Origin: Nitrospinota bacterium
Lineage (GTDB): Bacteria > UBA8248
Assembly (NCBI GenBank): GCA_046581755.1
Contig: JAYGFR010000092.1
Coordinates: forward strand, 1-11,037
Reading direction: 5' to 3'
DNA length: 11,037 nt
Under the pieces are notes generated by a model. The model was not told the DNA's origin, ran no database searches, and saw only the letters and a list, made by a program, of their open reading frames with translations. Positions 8,884 to 11,037 of this stretch are shown here, piece after piece. How positions within the stretch are numbered: the first letter of the stretch is position 1; each line of letters opens with the position of its first letter. The position numbers and the translations under genes are program-made.

Positions 8884-10166
8884 CATCCCGGCCGCGCTCC
8901 GAGGCGTTATTCGCAGAGGCCCAAAAAATCATACCCGGCGGGGTGGACAGCCCTGTCCGCGCGTTTGGCGGCGTGGGGGGCACTCCGGTATTCATCGACC
9001 GGGGGCAGGGGAGCCGCATCTGGGACGCCGACGGGAACGAATACATCGACTATGTCCTTTCCTGGGGGCCCTTGATTCTCGGGCATGCCCATCCGCGCGT
9101 TGTGGCGGCGCTCCGAGAGGCCGTCGGCCGGGGAACCAGCTACGGCGCCCCCACGGTCGCCGAAACGGAGCTGGCCGGGTTGATCCAGGATGCCTATCCA
9201 TCGATGGAGCTTCTCCGCTTCGTCAACTCGGGGACCGAGGCCACGATGTCGGCCATCCGGGTGGCCCGGGGCTTCACCGGCCGCGATCTCATCGTCAAAT
9301 TCGAGGGATGCTACCACGGCCACGCAGACGGCTTGCTCGTCAAGGCGGGGAGCGGCGGCGCCACGTTCGGCATTCCGGACAGCGCGGGCGTTCCGGAAGA
9401 TTATGCGCGCAACACGATCACGCTTCCCTACAACGACGCCGGGGCGGCGGAAAACCTTTTCAGGGCCGAGGGGAAAAAAATTGCCGGGGTGATCATCGAG
9501 CCCGTGGGCGGCAACATGGGCCTGGTCCCCCCCGATGAGGGATTTATCGAAGTGCTGGAGCGGGAGACGAAAAACGCCGGCGCCCTGCTGATTTTCGATG
9601 AGGTGATGACTGGGTTCCGCGTGGCGCGCGGGGGGGCGCAGTCGCTATTCGGTGTGCGGCCCGACATGACCACCCTGGGAAAAGTGATCGGCGGCGGCGT
9701 GCCGGTGGGCGCCTATGGCGGGCGGCGCGAGATCATGGAGGTGGTCGCCCCCCTGGGGCCCGTATATCAGGCGGGGACCCTTTCGGGGAACCCCCTGGCG
9801 ATGGCCGCGGGGGTTGAAACCCTCCGCATCATTCTGGAGGAGGGGTTGCCCGAAGCCCTTGATGAGCGCGGCCGCCAGCTCGAAGAGGGCATGGCCGAGG
9901 CGGCGCGATCGGCGGGCGTTTCCGTCTGGAGCGTTCGCCGGGGTTCGATGTTCTGCACGTTTTTTCAGGATGGCCCGGTGCGGAACTTCGAGGACGCGAA
10001 GCGATCGGACACGAAAAAGTACGCGAAATTCTTCCATGCCATGCTCGACCGGGGCGTTTCCATCGCGCCGAGCCAGTTCGAGGTCGGCTTCCTCTCCTCC
10101 GCCCATACCGGGGCCGATATCGAGACGACGGTCCGCGCTGCGCGCGAGGCCTTTGCCGCCCTGTAG
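8880..10166 (+). CDS. hemL: Glutamate-1-semialdehyde 2,1-aminomutase
   Basis: [63 protein letters not shown]-lysine [28 protein letters not shown] start overlaps the mtnP stop (GTGA). Confidence 0.96.
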   Translation: MTSRPRSEALFAEAQKIIPGGVDSPVRAFGGVGGTPVFIDRGQGSRIWDADGNEYIDYVLSWGPLILGHAHPRVVAALREAVGRGTSYGAPTVAETELAGLIQDAYPSMELLRFVNSGTEATMSAIRVARGFTGRDLIVKFEGCYHGHADGLLVKAGSGGATFGIPDSAGVPEDYARNTITLPYNDAGAAENLFRAEGKKIAGVIIEPVGGNMGLVPPDEGFIEVLERETKNAGALLIFDEVMTGFRVARGGAQSLFGVRPDMTTLGKVIGGGVPVGAYGGRREIMEVVAPLGPVYQAGTLSGNPLAMAAGVETLRIILEEGLPEALDERGRQLEEGMAEAARSAGVSVWSVRRGSMFCTFFQDGPVRNFEDAKRSDTKKYAKFFHAMLDRGVSIAPSQFEVGFLSSAHTGADIETTVRAAREAFAAL

Positions 10167-10182
10167 ATTCACCGGGTACAAT
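10153..10182 (+). promoter_or_regulatory. Putative sigma70-type promoter for ftsB
   Basis: TTGCCG (10153-10158, inside the hemL 3' end), 18-nt spacer, TACAAT (10177-10182, 5/6 match to TATAAT), 36 nt upstream of the ftsB start. Confidence 0.5.
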
Positions 10183-10218
10183 AGACTGGCCTTCCGCCCG
10201 CGCTGAACGGAGCGCTGC

Positions 10219-10572
10219 TTGGCCTTGAATCCACCAGGCGAAAAACCGCGTAATGAAAATCCGGACCGCTATGTCTATTGGCTGGTTGGGAGTGTGTGCG
10301 CCCTCCTCCTAGGCGCGGCCGTCCTCGGGCGCGACGGCCTCCTTTCGGTCTTCGTCAACGAGCGGCGGCTGGTGAAGTTGAGGGAGGAGGTTTGGCGGCT
10401 GGGCCGCGAAAACCGCACCCTCCGCAGCCGGATTCGCTCCCTGAGGAGCGATCTGACCTCCATCGAGCGAATCGCGCGCGAGGATCTGGGGCTGGTGAAG
10501 CCGGGCGAGAAGGTCTACGAGTTCATCCGGACCCGGGAGAGAGGGCAAGTCCAGAAGAAGAAACGGCCATGA
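10219..10572 (+). CDS. ftsB: FtsB/DivIC-family septum formation initiator
   Basis: Short N-terminal tail, one hydrophobic segment ending in GxxG (LGRDGL), coiled coil (LREEVWRLGRENRTLRSRIRSL), and signature IERIAREDLGLVKPGE. TTG start with SD GGAG at 10209-10212. Confidence 0.85.
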   Translation: MALNPPGEKPRNENPDRYVYWLVGSVCALLLGAAVLGRDGLLSVFVNERRLVKLREEVWRLGRENRTLRSRIRSLRSDLTSIERIAREDLGLVKPGEKVYEFIRTRERGQVQKKKRP

Positions 10573-10583
10573 CCCGCGCCCTC

Positions 10584-10612
10584 TTGACAGTCCGGTCCTG
10601 AGCGATTACATC
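10584..10612 (+). promoter_or_regulatory. Putative sigma70-type promoter for tRNA-fMet
   Basis: Perfect -35 TTGACA at 10584-10589. A weak -10 candidate (TTACAT or TACATC, 10606-10612) lies at 16-17 nt spacing, ending about 15 nt before the tRNA. Confidence 0.55.
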
Positions 10613-10627
10613 ACATATACAAATCGG

Positions 10628-10703
<76 letters not shown>

Positions 10704-10712
10704 AAAAAAATC

Positions 10713-10752
10713 AGTGGGTTAGTCAGTGATGGCTAACCCACTTTTTGTTTTT
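10713..10752 (+). terminator. Intrinsic terminator after tRNA-fMet (possibly bidirectional)
   Basis: 13-bp stem AGTGGGTTAGTCA (10713-10725) / TGGCTAACCCACT (10730-10742) with one G:U, loop GTGA, followed by TTTTGTTTTT. An A8 run at 10703-10710 could act as the U-tract for the opposite strand. Confidence 0.85.
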
Positions 10753-10753
10753 C

Positions 10754-10773
10754 AGGAAACATTTAGGAAACAT
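10754..10773. repeat. Tandem direct repeat AGGAAACAT x2 (11-bp period); candidate integrase arm-type sites
   Basis: AGGAAACAT at 10754-10762 and 10765-10773, between the tRNA terminator and the integrase stop codon. The repeat is seen directly; its function is inferred. Confidence 0.6.
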
Positions 10774-10785
10774 CAGTCGAAATTT

Positions 10786-11010
10786 TCATTCATTCACCGC
10801 TAGCTTTTCACTGACGCGGCTTCCGAACGGTTTGGGGAGAACAATCCAGTCCTCCCGGACGCAGTGGGCGTATACGTCCATCGTGACACTGAAGTTCGAA
10901 TGGCCCATCCAGGCTTGAAGGGTCTTGGGAGCCGGGCCGTCCTCGGTTCGCCCGAAGCGGTTGGCGTGAATCGTTGCGAAAGTGTGCCTCATCCCGTCCT
11001 GTCCAAAAAT
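10786..11010 (-). pseudogene. Tyrosine recombinase/phage integrase C-terminal fragment (truncated or frameshifted)
   Basis: Minus-strand translation IFGQDGMRHTFAT...LQAWMGHSNFSVTMDVYAH matches box II (xxRHT/SFAT), the (L/M)GH histidine and the catalytic Tyr (T..Y.H). An in-frame TAA at 11013-11011 lies 7 codons upstream of the Met, so the N-terminal and box I domains are not in frame. Confidence 0.8.
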
Positions 11011-11037
11011 TTATCTGAAATAAAGTCCTTTTTCTAC

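Larger units (their letters stand above)
10704..11037. mobile_element. Probable left boundary of a tRNA-fMet-integrated genomic island or prophage remnant (continues beyond window)
   Basis: Integrase remnant convergent on an intact tRNA 3' end, direct repeats, and AT-rich patches (10704-10810, 11005-11037) contrasting with the GC-rich core genes. The second att copy is not in the window. Confidence 0.65.

Noticed and set aside
10786..10992. 68-aa ORF as a standalone functional mini-recombinase
   Set aside because: It starts within box II and lacks the box I Arg, catalytic Lys and DNA-binding domains. The ATG is most simply the internal residue of xxMRH.

Overview
High-GC bacterial chromosomal window, almost entirely + strand housekeeping genes. 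In order: the 3' end of a branched-chain amino-acid ABC transporter (livG partial, livF), a tightly packed biosynthetic cluster trpF-trpB-trpA-leuC-leuD-leuB-asd-mtnP-hemL, an FtsB/DivIC-family cell-division gene, and an initiator tRNA-fMet(CAT) with a likely promoter and terminator. Directly after the tRNA the sequence changes character: an inverted repeat, tandem 9-bp direct repeats, AT-rich patches and a convergent tyrosine-recombinase C-terminal fragment cut off by an in-frame stop. This looks like the left edge of a genomic island or prophage remnant integrated at tRNA-fMet, with any cargo outside the window. I find no convincing novel system inside the window. The best leads are the island junction, the cyanobacterial-like leuCD pair, the swapped trp/leu order with mtnP-hemL attached, six consecutive non-ATG starts, and a possible SD-occluding structure upstream of trpF. 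All family assignments come from motif recognition by eye; no database search was run.
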